From Promethearchaeota archaeon (GTDB taxonomy: Archaea; Asgardarchaeota; Lokiarchaeia; Sigyniarchaeales; SOKP01), in contig JAHLWS010000043.1 in assembly GCA_019057795.1 (NCBI GenBank), positions 1 to 64,000 of the forward strand: a stretch of DNA of 64,000 bases, read 5' to 3'. Shown here in pieces: positions 30,605-41,223 of this stretch (its first letter is position 1; each line of letters starts with the position of its first letter). The notes under the pieces were generated by a model. It was not told the origin of the DNA. It saw only the letters and a program-made list of their open reading frames with translations, and did no database searches. The position numbers were made by a program, and so were the translations under genes.

Positions 30605-31597
30605 GTGAATACATTAAAAGAAAGAATTAAAGGGAGAAAGAATTTTCCTACCGAGGAAGTTGACCCCGATAATTATTTGAGCGATGATGAGGTTAGAAAT
30701 TTAACCAAAAGCAAAGAAACCTTAAAATTTGTACAAGAAGATTACTACAAACTTTATAACTGCGTTCATTGTGGTGAATGCGACACAGAAGAAGAGCGCC
30801 TGCTTTTAAAACAAAGATTTCTCGAAGATGGTAATAGCGTCGAAGGTCTTGATGATATGATAGAATGCTTTCGCAATTATCGCACGCCATATCCTTCGAA
30901 TAAAATGCGTATTAGGGCGCCAGAAGGAATCCCTAAAGAGTCTGACACTCTTTTTTATATGGGATGTCTTTCGACAATACGGATTCCAAGATATACAGAG
31001 CATTCACTCAAATATTTGCTAAAACAAAAAGTCGATTTTACAATCTTAGATAAGGAAATATGTTGTGGGTGGCCTTGGTTCGCATCTGGATGTTTTCAAG
31101 AGTTTGAAATTTGTAAAGAAGAAAATATAGAAATTTTTGAAAAATTCAAAACAGTTATTTGTTTATGTCCTGCTTGTTACTTTCTTTTTAATAAATATTA
31201 CAAGCCTTCAATGAAATTAGAAGTGGAATTTAAATATATCTCAGAGTACTTAAAACCTTCTGAAACCAAAAAGTCAGGAAAAGTAGGGGTGCAACATCTT
31301 TGTCAACTAATGAATCGCGGCACGAAGGGCATTGATAAATTTGTAAATAATATGTTAGAAAAAAGCGGGTACGAAGTCGTAGACATACCTCACTGGTGTT
31401 GCGGTGGTGGTCTTGGTTATATGCATCGTAGTGATGTCATTGACAAAATAGCACGTAAAAGATTGGGCGATTTTGAGGAAACAGGTGGCGATTATTGCAC
31501 GACATATTGTCCGAGCTGCTGGTGGATCTTAGCAAGATATAGTAAATTATGCAAAATAAAACCTAAAGCAAAAGATGTATTCGAACTACTACTATAA
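30605..31597 (+). CDS. CCG-domain Fe-S oxidoreductase (HdrD/GlpC-like)
   Basis: CVHCGEC, YMGC, EICCG, CPAC, CCGGG. Confidence 0.88.
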   Translation: MNTLKERIKGRKNFPTEEVDPDNYLSDDEVRNLTKSKETLKFVQEDYYKLYNCVHCGECDTEEERLLLKQRFLEDGNSVEGLDDMIECFRNYRTPYPSNKMRIRAPEGIPKESDTLFYMGCLSTIRIPRYTEHSLKYLLKQKVDFTILDKEICCGWPWFASGCFQEFEICKEENIEIFEKFKTVICLCPACYFLFNKYYKPSMKLEVEFKYISEYLKPSETKKSGKVGVQHLCQLMNRGTKGIDKFVNNMLEKSGYEVVDIPHWCCGGGLGYMHRSDVIDKIARKRLGDFEETGGDYCTTYCPSCWWILARYSKLCKIKPKAKDVFELLL

Positions 31598-31606
31598 AAC
31601 ACTAAA

Positions 31607-32601
31607 ATGAATGAAGATTATAGTTGCCCCTGCAGAGATGTCGACCCAGATAATTTTATTACGAATGAAGAAGTAATAGAGTTATTAAAAACTAAGGATA
31701 ATTACAAATTCAAGCAAGAAGATTATTTTAGGGTGTATAATTGCGTTCATTGTGGCGCTTGCGGCACGCATTATGAGCGGTTTCTTTTAAAGCAGAAATT
31801 TTTAGAGGATGGAAATAAGATTGAAGGCTTGAGCGAACAAATTGAGACTCTAGAAAAATTTGGAACTCCATTCAAGTATAATAAAAGCAGAATTAAACCT
31901 TTAAAGGGCATAAAAAAAACAGTAAGACATTATTATACTTTGGTTGCTTTACGACCGTGAAGACTCCAAAATATGGCGAAAACACAGCAAGATATCTTCT
32001 AAGTAAAAATGTAGATTTTTGTATCTTAGACCAAGAAATGTGCTGTGGTTATCCTATCTTGTGTACGGGGGAATTTAATACGTATAACTTAATGGTTGAC
32101 AGAAATAAGAAGCTGTTTAAAGAAAAAGGTTTTGAAAAAATTATAACCGTATGCCCAAGTTGTTATATGGTATTTAAAAAACATTATAGCGATTTAGGTA
32201 TTAAAATAGAATACTTTACAGAATATTTAACACTTTCAGAAGAAAAAAAATCGGGAGATATAATATTTCAACACGCTTGTCCATTAAAATATATAGAATT
32301 TCCTGGTATCGAAGAAAAACTCAAAAAAATATATGAGGATAGCGGTTATAAAGTTGTAAATGTGCCCCATTATTGTTGTGGCGGTGGTGTTGGACATCAA
32401 TTAAGAGTAGACATCGCTGAGATGATTGCGCGTAAAAGAATGGAAGATTTCAAAGAACTCGGGGATCAAATTTCAAAAATAAGAGAAAATTCAAGTTTTA
32501 TTACAACCTATTGTCCCGATGCTTTTTGGATTTTAAAATTCTATGGGAAAAAACAAAAAATAAAATACCAACTTAAAGATCCTTGCGACCTATTAATGTA
32601 A
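31607..32601 (+). CDS. tandem paralog of the CCG-domain oxidoreductase, split by a -1 frameshift at an A8 run
   Basis: One extra A at 31912-31919 gives KGIKKNSKTLLYFGC, collinear with paralog EGIPKESDTLFYMGC. Confidence 0.8.
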
Positions 32602-32749
32602 AAATTATACTTCCTTAATTAAAATAACAAATTTGAACTTTTATAAAGGATATTTTTAAAAGTTATTATCGTAAAATCGATAATTATTAAGAATCTTTAT
32701 AATTTAAATGAAAAAGAATTTTAAGAGTAATTTCAAATATTCACAATAG

Positions 32750-33058
32750 ATTGAAAATATAAATCCAATAGAGCGTAATATAGTTAGGATAGACCAAGTT
32801 TTTGCCGTTGGAGGGACTTTTGAAGATCCTTCAGAATTCACTCGTAAGGTAAATAGAAATCTAATGATTTTGCATCAGAGTGATAAAAACTGTAAAGTAA
32901 AAGATATTAAATTTAGTGCTTTTTCTGATCCCCGATATTCTGGAGCGGGTCCTATTTTGCTTGCATTCATTATAGCGGAAGTTGATGTAGACATTACTCC
33001 AGAACCTGAAGAAAAAAGCAAAAAACGAAAGAAAAAAAAAAAGAAAAAGAGCAATTAA
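32750..33058 (+). CDS. hypothetical protein with poly-Lys tail
   Basis: Frame open 38 codons upstream of track ATG 32864; start uncertain. Confidence 0.5.
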   Translation: MENINPIERNIVRIDQVFAVGGTFEDPSEFTRKVNRNLMILHQSDKNCKVKDIKFSAFSDPRYSGAGPILLAFIIAEVDVDITPEPEEKSKKRKKKKKKKSN

Positions 33059-33088
33059 ACATCTCTATCCATTAAGATTTATCCTTAC

Positions 33089-33757
33089 TTAAAAGTCTGC
33101 TAATGGGATATTTCCATTGTAAAATATCGTTTTCCCATCAAAACTGAGTTGTACTACAAAGATTTTTATGTTTTTCTTTCTCGCTTCAGATAATTTATTG
33201 AAAAATTTTGGATCAGTTTCAAAATTCGGTTTGAATTTAGAAGCTTTACGAAACACTAAAAAAAGAAGCATCCCATTATTGTCGATAATTTCTTGTAAAT
33301 GTCTAGTTCCACGTTCGGTAGGAGCGTCTGGAAACAAGGCTAGATCTTCTTTTACGAGGGTAACTCCCTTTACTTCTAACGGTACTCCATCTAAAACGAA
33401 ATCTATCCTGCTTTTACCAATCTGAACTTCTTTCCTTATTTCTTTAACTTTTGAAATTTCTGGTAAGTGTGGAAAAACTCTAAGTGCGATTTTAGAATGA
33501 AGTGCAGTATCAATTAAGATCCATTCATTTTGATGCTTTACAGCTTTTACATAGTAATCTAATTTACCACGAGAATCAGTGAACAAAACTTCTTTCCCCT
33601 TAATTAGCAACTCTTTTAGACGCCCAGGATCGTGGATATGACCTAATTTTATTTCATTTTTGTATTTGATTTCACTTACAAAGCGATTAGGTCGAGTTAA
33701 AAAGATTCCTTTACTGAGATTGGGGATTTCAAAAAGTGGTATTTTTATGTTATTCAT
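33089..33757 (-). CDS. sfsA: DNA/RNA nuclease SfsA
   Basis: RPNRF, PGRLKEL, SRIDF, EVKGVTL, FPDAPTERGTRHL. Confidence 0.95.
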   Translation of the reverse strand: MNNIKIPLFEIPNLSKGIFLTRPNRFVSEIKYKNEIKLGHIHDPGRLKELLIKGKEVLFTDSRGKLDYYVKAVKHQNEWILIDTALHSKIALRVFPHLPEISKVKEIRKEVQIGKSRIDFVLDGVPLEVKGVTLVKEDLALFPDAPTERGTRHLQEIIDNNGMLLFLVFRKASKFKPNFETDPKFFNKLSEARKKNIKIFVVQLSFDGKTIFYNGNIPLADF

Positions 33758-33872
33758 ACTAAAACCACACGTTATTGCGTTAATCTAATTAGGTTTATTT
33801 TAATTTAACTTAAAATAATTCCATTATATAATATAAACTATAGAGATAAAAGGAGTTTTATTTTAAATTATC

Positions 33873-34115
33873 ATGATGAACGACGCACAAGATCATAGTA
33901 AAATTGTTAGTTATAAGTTCCATCATATTGATATTAACAAATGTAAGATTTGTAAAGAATTTTCTTGTGAGGAGGCATGTTTTAGAGGAATTTATGAAGT
34001 TGTGAACAAAACCTCTGAGCCTCAATGTATCGTTATTGAAGATCGAGAAGATAACTGCATTAAATGTCATATTTGCACAACTGCATGTAAATTAAGGGCG
34101 ATAACGATTGATTAA
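33873..34115 (+). CDS. 4Fe-4S ferredoxin
   Basis: CKIC...CEEAC and CIKCHICTTAC. Confidence 0.85.
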   Translation: MMNDAQDHSKIVSYKFHHIDINKCKICKEFSCEEACFRGIYEVVNKTSEPQCIVIEDREDNCIKCHICTTACKLRAITID

Positions 34116-34279
34116 CTGATCATAAATTTAGTTACCATTATTTTTTGGAATTTTGTTTTTTTAAATTGGCATTTCAAGTTATAGCTTCTGAATTTTTCGC
34201 ACAATTTATAAAATATAAGTATTAATTTGAAAAATTATTATAAAAATATAAGAATAAAAAATGTTTTTAGTGAAAAAAC

Positions 34280-34831
34280 ATGATATCAGAAAAATTAAAG
34301 CTTGATGACATCGATCGTCAAATCATAACATTAGTACAGGACGATCCAAACCTTACACACACTCAAATTGCTGAAAAAATAAATCGGTCTCAACCTACTG
34401 TTGGGATGAGAATAAAAAAGCTCGAGAGAGAAGGAATTCTGCAATTCCAGCCAGGAATTAATTTTAAGAAGGTAGATTTGTTCCTAGCTACCGTAGAAAT
34501 TAATACAAAGCGCCCAAATGTAATACTTGAAATGGCGAAATTTTGTCCTTTCATGCTGAACGCCTTTAGATTAAGCGGGGATCACAACATTATGATTTTA
34601 CTTGCGAGTTCTAAATTGGATAAATTAGATAACATCGTAAATTACCATTTTAGACGTAATCCCGATGTCAATTCAGTCTCGATGGAATTAGTTACTGAGA
34701 TTGCTAAAGATTTTATATTACCGATCGATTTCGACAGCGAAGAGCATTCTCCAACGCTGGAAGAAGGGTGCGGTGACAAATGCAAATATAAGATAGCACA
34801 ATTAAACGGATTAGCAGATAAAATAGAGTAA
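34280..34831 (+). CDS. Lrp/AsnC family regulator
   Basis: LDDIDRQII...SQPTVGMRIKKLE. Confidence 0.9.
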   Translation: MISEKLKLDDIDRQIITLVQDDPNLTHTQIAEKINRSQPTVGMRIKKLEREGILQFQPGINFKKVDLFLATVEINTKRPNVILEMAKFCPFMLNAFRLSGDHNIMILLASSKLDKLDNIVNYHFRRNPDVNSVSMELVTEIAKDFILPIDFDSEEHSPTLEEGCGDKCKYKIAQLNGLADKIE

Positions 34832-34852
34832 AAATTCGTTTTGAATTACTAA

Positions 34853-35422
34853 TTAGTCTTCTTCTTCTACTTTTGTAAATTTATATTTAGGAAGATTTAC
34901 ATTTAAATTACAATCAGGACCACAAATATTTGAATAGTAATCAAACTTTTCTATTTGAAAATCAATTGGAACTACAAAATCATGTACAGAATCTATTAAA
35001 ATATTGGTTTTTACATTAATAACATTTGGATCTTTTCTAAAACATAGATCAACTAACTTTTCGATGGTTTGGAGATCGGAGGCAGCAACAAAGCATAATA
35101 AATTAAATTCACCCGAGATTTTGAAGGCATGATTGACAAAAGGGCAGTTTTCAATTTTAGTTACAATAGATTCCACATCTTTAGTTGAGACAAAAACAAG
35201 AGCAACCTTAATATCTACTTTCTTAATGTTGAAGCCTACAATTCTTGTGAGCAACCCTTTGCGCTCTAACTTAATAATTCGAGCCCCTACTGCAGGTTGG
35301 GATTTTTCTATTTCTTGAGCAATTTTAGAATGGGTTATATCTGGTTGCTTCTCAATTAGTTCAATGATTTTATAATCGTCGTCGTCAATACCTAAAATTT
35401 CTTTAAAAGTTTTTTTTATCAT
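34853..35422 (-). CDS. Lrp/AsnC family regulator (paralog)
   Basis: SQPAVGARIIKLE. Confidence 0.9.
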   Translation of the reverse strand: MIKKTFKEILGIDDDDYKIIELIEKQPDITHSKIAQEIEKSQPAVGARIIKLERKGLLTRIVGFNIKKVDIKVALVFVSTKDVESIVTKIENCPFVNHAFKISGEFNLLCFVAASDLQTIEKLVDLCFRKDPNVINVKTNILIDSVHDFVVPIDFQIEKFDYYSNICGPDCNLNVNLPKYKFTKVEEED

Positions 35423-35506
35423 AGTCTTATTCCTAGAGAAGCTATTGAAATTTAAATTTTGTTTCTATGAAATTAAAATTTATTTACATTTTAGCTTAAA
35501 TTTTTT

Positions 35507-36469
35507 TTATAATAAACTTGTGAAAAGATTTATAATAAAAATAACCACAGTGAAGCCAACAAATCCAATTAAAAAGTATAAAGGCTTTCCTTTTTCTTTT
35601 TCAGGAATAACTTCTCGTACAATAGTATATAGTATCACTCCCGAAATAAACGAATATAAGATATAGAACATCTCTGTATATTCAAAAAGTATTAAATCTA
35701 AACCTATTCCGATTATAATGCCTATTAAATTAGCAAAAGCTAGGATGTATTTTCTTTTAATATTATCTTCAAAATTAAAAGTTTCATAAATTTCCAAATC
35801 AGTAAATATGAGATGACTTTCCGATCTGTTTGTAATAATTGCTCTAAACCAAGCAAATAAGAAAAATAATATACCCGTAATTAAATTAATAGCTAATAGA
35901 CCAACTACAATAATCCCTACGAGAAAATGATAAGTGAAGTTGGTAAAAAATCGAAGTTTGGCTAATTCTTCGTTAATATGCTTCTGAATCTTTGATTTAT
36001 AACGATTGATCTCGGTTTTAAATTCTTGTTCCTGTTCATTTAGGGCAGATATAGTTTGAGCGATGTCTTTCAGAGCTATAGTATCTAGATCTTCCTGTTC
36101 TAATTCTCTTGTTAATATTTTTTCGATATTTCTTTCCACTTCTTCTAAGGTCTTTTCCTTTGCGATTAATTTTCGCATCCTTTTTTGCGATTTAGATTCC
36201 ACTTTTTGTAAAATTAATTTTTCAGAAACATGAACGAATACAAAACCAATTACGACAAAGAGATATTCAAAAAGTTTGAGATCTAAAGGAAATTGAGGAA
36301 TATTTTCTGCGATTTCTGGAAGAAGGACTAAGAAGAAGTAAGCAATAGAGATTCCGGCAATTAAGGATATATCAAGTTTAGGATGTTTTCGTTGGTAAAA
36401 ATCTGCAATGAAAAAAAGAACGCCAAAAATTATCGAAATAACTGCTAAAATTGCAAAACTAATTGTCAT
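35507..36469 (-). CDS. ZIP-like membrane transporter with coiled-coil insert
   Basis: AGISIAYFFLVLLPE and SGVILYTIVREVIPE. Confidence 0.7.
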   Translation of the reverse strand: MTISFAILAVISIIFGVLFFIADFYQRKHPKLDISLIAGISIAYFFLVLLPEIAENIPQFPLDLKLFEYLFVVIGFVFVHVSEKLILQKVESKSQKRMRKLIAKEKTLEEVERNIEKILTRELEQEDLDTIALKDIAQTISALNEQEQEFKTEINRYKSKIQKHINEELAKLRFFTNFTYHFLVGIIVVGLLAINLITGILFFLFAWFRAIITNRSESHLIFTDLEIYETFNFEDNIKRKYILAFANLIGIIIGIGLDLILFEYTEMFYILYSFISGVILYTIVREVIPEKEKGKPLYFLIGFVGFTVVIFIINLFTSLL

Positions 36470-36592
36470 TACATATTTTAATATAGTTACAATTTTTAAA
36501 GTTTTTAGAATTAAATTATAAAATTATTTATTTCTTGCGAATTTTGTTTATTAAATTAATTAAAGAAATTTATATTTCCATGGTGATTATCA

Positions 36593-37504
36593 ATTCAATT
36601 CTTTATTATTACTTCGAAAGAAGACAAAGCTTCCATGAATATGCGAGAAAAATTGTTAAATTCTAAAATATTCTATTTTAAAGAAACCACTACTATATGG
36701 AACGAGAATCCGGTATTTATTTTAGAAGATGTTGCTTTTGAAAACGAAAAGGATGAATTCCTTAATAATAACCAAATCTATTTAGGTTTGACAGATAAAC
36801 CATTGATTTTCTTAGAAAATTTGAATTTTATTGATACTAAACTTAAACCAGATATATTAATTTTTGCAAGCAGACATACCTCAAAAACCGCGCGTCCAGC
36901 ATTTTTAATCCATAGTACAGGTAATTGGGGTAGTAATTCGGATTTTGGGGGCAAACCTCGCGATTTATCCAAAACAAGTGCTTTATTTCATAAGGCTGGT
37001 TTTGTTTCTTTAAAGGACCAGATCACCCTTATAGATAATCCAAGTTTTTCTTTGGATATTGAGGTAACTCACCACGGTCCTACCACTTTAGACATACCAT
37101 TAATTTTTATAGAACTGGGAAGTAGCAAAAAGGAATGGATAATTGATGAAGTTGGTGAGCTGGTAGCGAACGCTATAGTTAATTCTATATTTAAATATCT
37201 TATTCTTAAAGAAGATAAAAAACAACAAGTAGGTCTTGGGTTTGGTGGGACTCACTACGCTCCAAATTTTAATAGGTTAATTACTAACAACGATGTAGCA
37301 ATGTCATTTATTTGTCCAAAATATTACGTTCAAGACTTAGACGAAAAATTAGTCGAATTGATGATTAATAACACATTAGAAAAAGTTGATTATTTCATAA
37401 TAGACTGGAAGGGCACGAATTCAGACGATAAAAAACACTTAATTCCTTTATTGGAGAAGTTCGAAATTCCAATTAAAAAATCTAAAAATTTCTCAACATT
37501 TTAA
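36593..37504 (+). CDS. dtdA: archaeal D-aminoacyl-tRNA deacylase
   Basis: FASRH, HSTGN, EVTHHGPT, FIELGS, GFGGTHYAP; N-terminal ITSKEDKASMN lies upstream of first ATG. Confidence 0.9.
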   Translation: MQFFIITSKEDKASMNMREKLLNSKIFYFKETTTIWNENPVFILEDVAFENEKDEFLNNNQIYLGLTDKPLIFLENLNFIDTKLKPDILIFASRHTSKTARPAFLIHSTGNWGSNSDFGGKPRDLSKTSALFHKAGFVSLKDQITLIDNPSFSLDIEVTHHGPTTLDIPLIFIELGSSKKEWIIDEVGELVANAIVNSIFKYLILKEDKKQQVGLGFGGTHYAPNFNRLITNNDVAMSFICPKYYVQDLDEKLVELMINNTLEKVDYFIIDWKGTNSDDKKHLIPLLEKFEIPIKKSKNFSTF

Positions 37505-37533
37505 AAAAATTGGAATAAAATCAGAGCTTATTA

Positions 37534-38397
37534 CTATTCTTCCTTTAATTTTTCGTAATATCTTACTAAATTATTAAAAATATAGTGACATGCTAAATAA
37601 CCTTGTGTAGCCGCTTTTAATAAAACTTTATTCAAGTAATCTGAATACTTAAAATCGCCATCCACTGTAACATTTAATTCTCTTACGTTATAATAGCTAC
37701 GATAAAATAACGTTGGCCAATCTACTAAAGGTCGTATAGTTCGATTAAAAGTTATTTTACCTTCTTCAGATAAGTCCAATTCTTGTTGTATGTGATAATA
37801 AAGATATCTACCTTTCTTAGTTTTATTAATAAACCCATCTGATATTATTTCTTCCATAATCTTTTTCAATTTAGGAAGTTTTAGTTGTATATTAATTTTT
37901 TTGAGACTCTCGAGAATTTCTGTGTCTCTTTGACCTTTCAATTTTATTAATAAATAAGATCTAGCTAAGATGTTATATTTTAATGGTACAGTTTTATGAT
38001 CTAACTGGTTATATTGAATTAAATTACCTAAAATTTCTTTTGCAACTAAATATTTGAGAGTAATTTGATCCTGCTCAGTAAAACTACTTGTGAAGATATC
38101 AGAGTCGTTAAAATAAGAACGATATAACGCGTTTAGCAACGATTTTATCGAGTTAACCCCGTCTTCAAAGGATAGTTTTACAGTATTTAAAGTCTTAATC
38201 CTATAATCAATATCAGTCAAAAATCTTTCTTTTTTCCGTGGAATCTGGCGAATTAAATGAGGTTTTTCTTTAATGGATTCAAGATTTTCGTCCCATTCTT
38301 TTTTAAATCGATAAGATTGGGTTTTCGCGATAGTTGAGAGTTTATATACAACATCGTACAACTTATTTAAGAATACTTCTTCGTTTACATTAGTCAT
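37534..38397 (-). CDS. hypothetical protein, possible wHTH
   Basis: 287-aa ORF. Confidence 0.75.
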   Translation of the reverse strand: MTNVNEEVFLNKLYDVVYKLSTIAKTQSYRFKKEWDENLESIKEKPHLIRQIPRKKERFLTDIDYRIKTLNTVKLSFEDGVNSIKSLLNALYRSYFNDSDIFTSSFTEQDQITLKYLVAKEILGNLIQYNQLDHKTVPLKYNILARSYLLIKLKGQRDTEILESLKKINIQLKLPKLKKIMEEIISDGFINKTKKGRYLYYHIQQELDLSEEGKITFNRTIRPLVDWPTLFYRSYYNVRELNVTVDGDFKYSDYLNKVLLKAATQGYLACHYIFNNLVRYYEKLKEE

Positions 38398-38645
38398 CCA
38401 AGAATCCCTTAACTTTAGAGCTTCAAATTTTTTTAAAATTAATAATTATTAAACTCTAAAAATTATTAAAGTTTCATTTAAAAAAAGTAATATGTTAATA
38501 ATTGGGTGTTAAAGAATATTTTCTCTAGTTAGTAGGAATTGATTGTTATTTGAAAAAAATCTAATTTTTTTTAATTAAATTTATCTTATTTATTATATAT
38601 TGAAGATAATTCAGAAAAATTAAAAGAGTAAAGGCGATTTATAGG

Positions 38646-39026
38646 TTGAAAATTGAACATTTGGCTGTTTCTTCAAATTCCGAAGAAGATAGCGATAATT
38701 TTTTTATCAAATTATTGGGATTGAAAAAGTTGAGATCCTTCGTAGTCTCAAGCGACCTAATGGAACAATTTTTCAAAGTTAAAAAAGAACACACGGTAAT
38801 CAGGTACGGCAACGAGGAAGTAAGTATTGAAGTATTTATTACTGACGATAAAAGTAAAGTTTTAGATAAGTTCACCCATGTGTGTTTAGTAATAGAGGAT
38901 AGAACTAAACTAATAGATGCGGCAAGGCAAATGAATTACGAAGTAATTAAAGTGCCGAGAAAAAACAGCGATGTTTTTTACTTATTTTTAAAAGATAAAT
39001 TTGGCAATTTATATGAAATTAAATAG
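38646..39026 (+). CDS. VOC/glyoxalase family protein
   Basis: IEHLAV, THVCL, KDKFGNLYEI. Confidence 0.88.
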   Translation: MKIEHLAVSSNSEEDSDNFFIKLLGLKKLRSFVVSSDLMEQFFKVKKEHTVIRYGNEEVSIEVFITDDKSKVLDKFTHVCLVIEDRTKLIDAARQMNYEVIKVPRKNSDVFYLFLKDKFGNLYEIK

Positions 39027-39048
39027 TAACAACTTTTTTTAGAGTGGA

Positions 39049-39861
39049 TTGCTATTTAAAACAAGGAGTGTTTCAATGCCAAAATTGTATAAATTAAAAT
39101 TAATTTTAGGAGGGGCTCAAAATTCAGGCAAGAGTTCGTTCATAAATTGGCATCAAAAAGAAGATACTCCGATTGGTGTTTCATTTGAGTCTGTAAATTG
39201 TTACGCCAACGATGGCGATTTATATAAATTTCTTGTCTGGAATTTAAAAGATCGAGAAAGATTCAGATTTCTTTTCCCAGTTTTTTGTCGAGGTGCGTGT
39301 GCGGGATTAATATGTTTTGATTTATCTGATAAAAAATCTTTTTTAGATTTAAATAGGTGGATCACCCTTTTTCGAGAGAGTGCGGGAGATATTCCCATAA
39401 TTTTAATTGGAACCAAAGCAGACTTAGAAAAAAGAGAAGTTTCAAATGAAGAAATTAATGATCTGATTGCGAGAGAAAGTCTTGAGTGCGCTTTTTTTAC
39501 ATCTATTTCTAATAATTACGAAAATAAAGAAGAAATTTTCAGAGAAATAGTTCAAAAAATAGATTTAAATTCTCCTCTTAATAATTTTTATATTCCCGAA
39601 GAGTTCGATGATAAGAGTTTTAAATTGATAGAAAAATTGTTTGAACGATGTCCTATTTGTAAGAAGTTAAATCATAGTAGCACAGGTTTGAAAAACGTCT
39701 ATTATAACAAACATAACCCCGATACAATGAGATTAAGAGAGAACTTACTAAGGCTAATTGATAATTTAGAATATATTAATATTGAACATTCTAATAAAAT
39801 TTCGATTGGAATTCCTTGTTGTGCCTGTTTTAAAAATTTTTTTGAAGAACAAGAGGCATAA
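39049..39861 (+). CDS. divergent Rab-like GTPase with C-terminal Cys domain
   Basis: GAQNSGKS, ERFRFL, GTKAD; CPIC...CCAC. Confidence 0.8.
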   Translation: MLFKTRSVSMPKLYKLKLILGGAQNSGKSSFINWHQKEDTPIGVSFESVNCYANDGDLYKFLVWNLKDRERFRFLFPVFCRGACAGLICFDLSDKKSFLDLNRWITLFRESAGDIPIILIGTKADLEKREVSNEEINDLIARESLECAFFTSISNNYENKEEIFREIVQKIDLNSPLNNFYIPEEFDDKSFKLIEKLFERCPICKKLNHSSTGLKNVYYNKHNPDTMRLRENLLRLIDNLEYINIEHSNKISIGIPCCACFKNFFEEQEA

Positions 39862-39865
39862 TTCT

Positions 39866-40285
39866 CTACTTTTTTAAAATTCCAGATGATTTTATTATGT
39901 CTAAGTGATCAAACGCTATTTTTAAGGACGCCAATTTTGATATCGGAACAATTTCTAAAGCTTGAGCATCGTCTTTTGCCAAGGGTATTTCAGTTTTGGA
40001 TAAAGGTTCACATAAAAAAGCTATTGAAACCGTGTGGCCTCTCGGATCGCGCTTAGGATCTGAAAAAACACCTATAAGTTTAATTAATTTTACATTAATG
40101 TTTGTTTCTTCATAAGCTTCTCTAATGCACGCATTTTCTATAGTCTCGCCTATGTCAACAAACCCTCCTGGCAAAGCTAATTCACCTTTAAAAGGTGGAT
40201 TTTTTCTACGAATTAGAACAATAGAATTTTGCTGAAATAATATAACAGCGTCAACTGTTAGTAATGGAGTTAAGGGTTTTGGCAT
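39866..40285 (-). CDS. NUDIX hydrolase (ADP-ribose pyrophosphatase-like)
   Basis: PGGFVDIGETIENACIREAYEET; RDPRGH. Confidence 0.93.
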   Translation of the reverse strand: MPKPLTPLLTVDAVILFQQNSIVLIRRKNPPFKGELALPGGFVDIGETIENACIREAYEETNINVKLIKLIGVFSDPKRDPRGHTVSIAFLCEPLSKTEIPLAKDDAQALEIVPISKLASLKIAFDHLDIIKSSGILKK

Positions 40286-40287
40286 AA

Positions 40288-41094
40288 TTAATCATCCCAC
40301 ACGGAAGAGCCTAATAAATGTTCGATACGCGTTCGACGCGGTCTGACAAATTTTGTCCGACTTGCTTTTCGCTCTAGAAGTAGAGCTCTTTCGAGATTTG
40401 TAGAATTTACCATATGAACTTCTATATCGCCTTTATCCAATATAATATGGTTAAAGCTAGGACTATCATCAGCTCGGATTTTTTTAGAAGTGGAAGTACC
40501 ACAATAAAGAAAAGTCGTTGGACCAATTACATAAGCGTGCGGAACGTGTCTATGTCCCATTAATACTAAATCAAGCTCAAATAGTTGAGTAAATTCGAGT
40601 AATTCCCCTGCATCTCTCACAGTTGTGAATTTTTGCCCAGATAAAGGAACAGGAATTAAATGATGATGAAGCGCTAATACTCTATTCTCTAAATTTTTAT
40701 CGAATTGTCTGCCACACCAATCTAACTGCTCATCTCCACATAATCCATGAGCGACATCGTCTCTGGCAGTGCAGATTCCAACGATTAAAGTGTCTTTATC
40801 GTCAATGATTAATCTTGATCTTCTAGGACCAATAAGTTTTTCAAAAAAGATTATTCCGCTATTCTTTACATCGTGGTTTCCGGGTACTGCTAGGAATCTT
40901 GTGCATTCTCGGATTCTTTTTAGATAAGGTAATACTCCTTTAAATTGAGAAATTCTTCCTTTATGAATAAAATCCCCAGTACAAATAACAGCATCAGGCG
41001 ATGCATCTTCAATGTATTTAATTACATTTTCCATATATTCGGGCACAAACTCAGAACCATAGTGCAAATCGCTTATGTGTATGAGATTCACCAT
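40288..41094 (-). CDS. metallophosphoesterase (Icc/CpdA-like)
   Basis: DLH, GD, GNHD, HHH, GHRH. Confidence 0.92.
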   Translation of the reverse strand: MVNLIHISDLHYGSEFVPEYMENVIKYIEDASPDAVICTGDFIHKGRISQFKGVLPYLKRIRECTRFLAVPGNHDVKNSGIIFFEKLIGPRRSRLIIDDKDTLIVGICTARDDVAHGLCGDEQLDWCGRQFDKNLENRVLALHHHLIPVPLSGQKFTTVRDAGELLEFTQLFELDLVLMGHRHVPHAYVIGPTTFLYCGTSTSKKIRADDSPSFNHIILDKGDIEVHMVNSTNLERALLLERKASRTKFVRPRRTRIEHLLGSSVWDD

Positions 41095-41223
41095 GTTAAC
41101 ATAACAACTCTTACTTTAGATTATTTTTATATAATCTTAATGCACATTAAATTTTAAATTATATTAAAGAAATTTTTGTACAAAATTTAGAATAAAATAA
41201 AAGTTCATACTAATGTACTTTTT

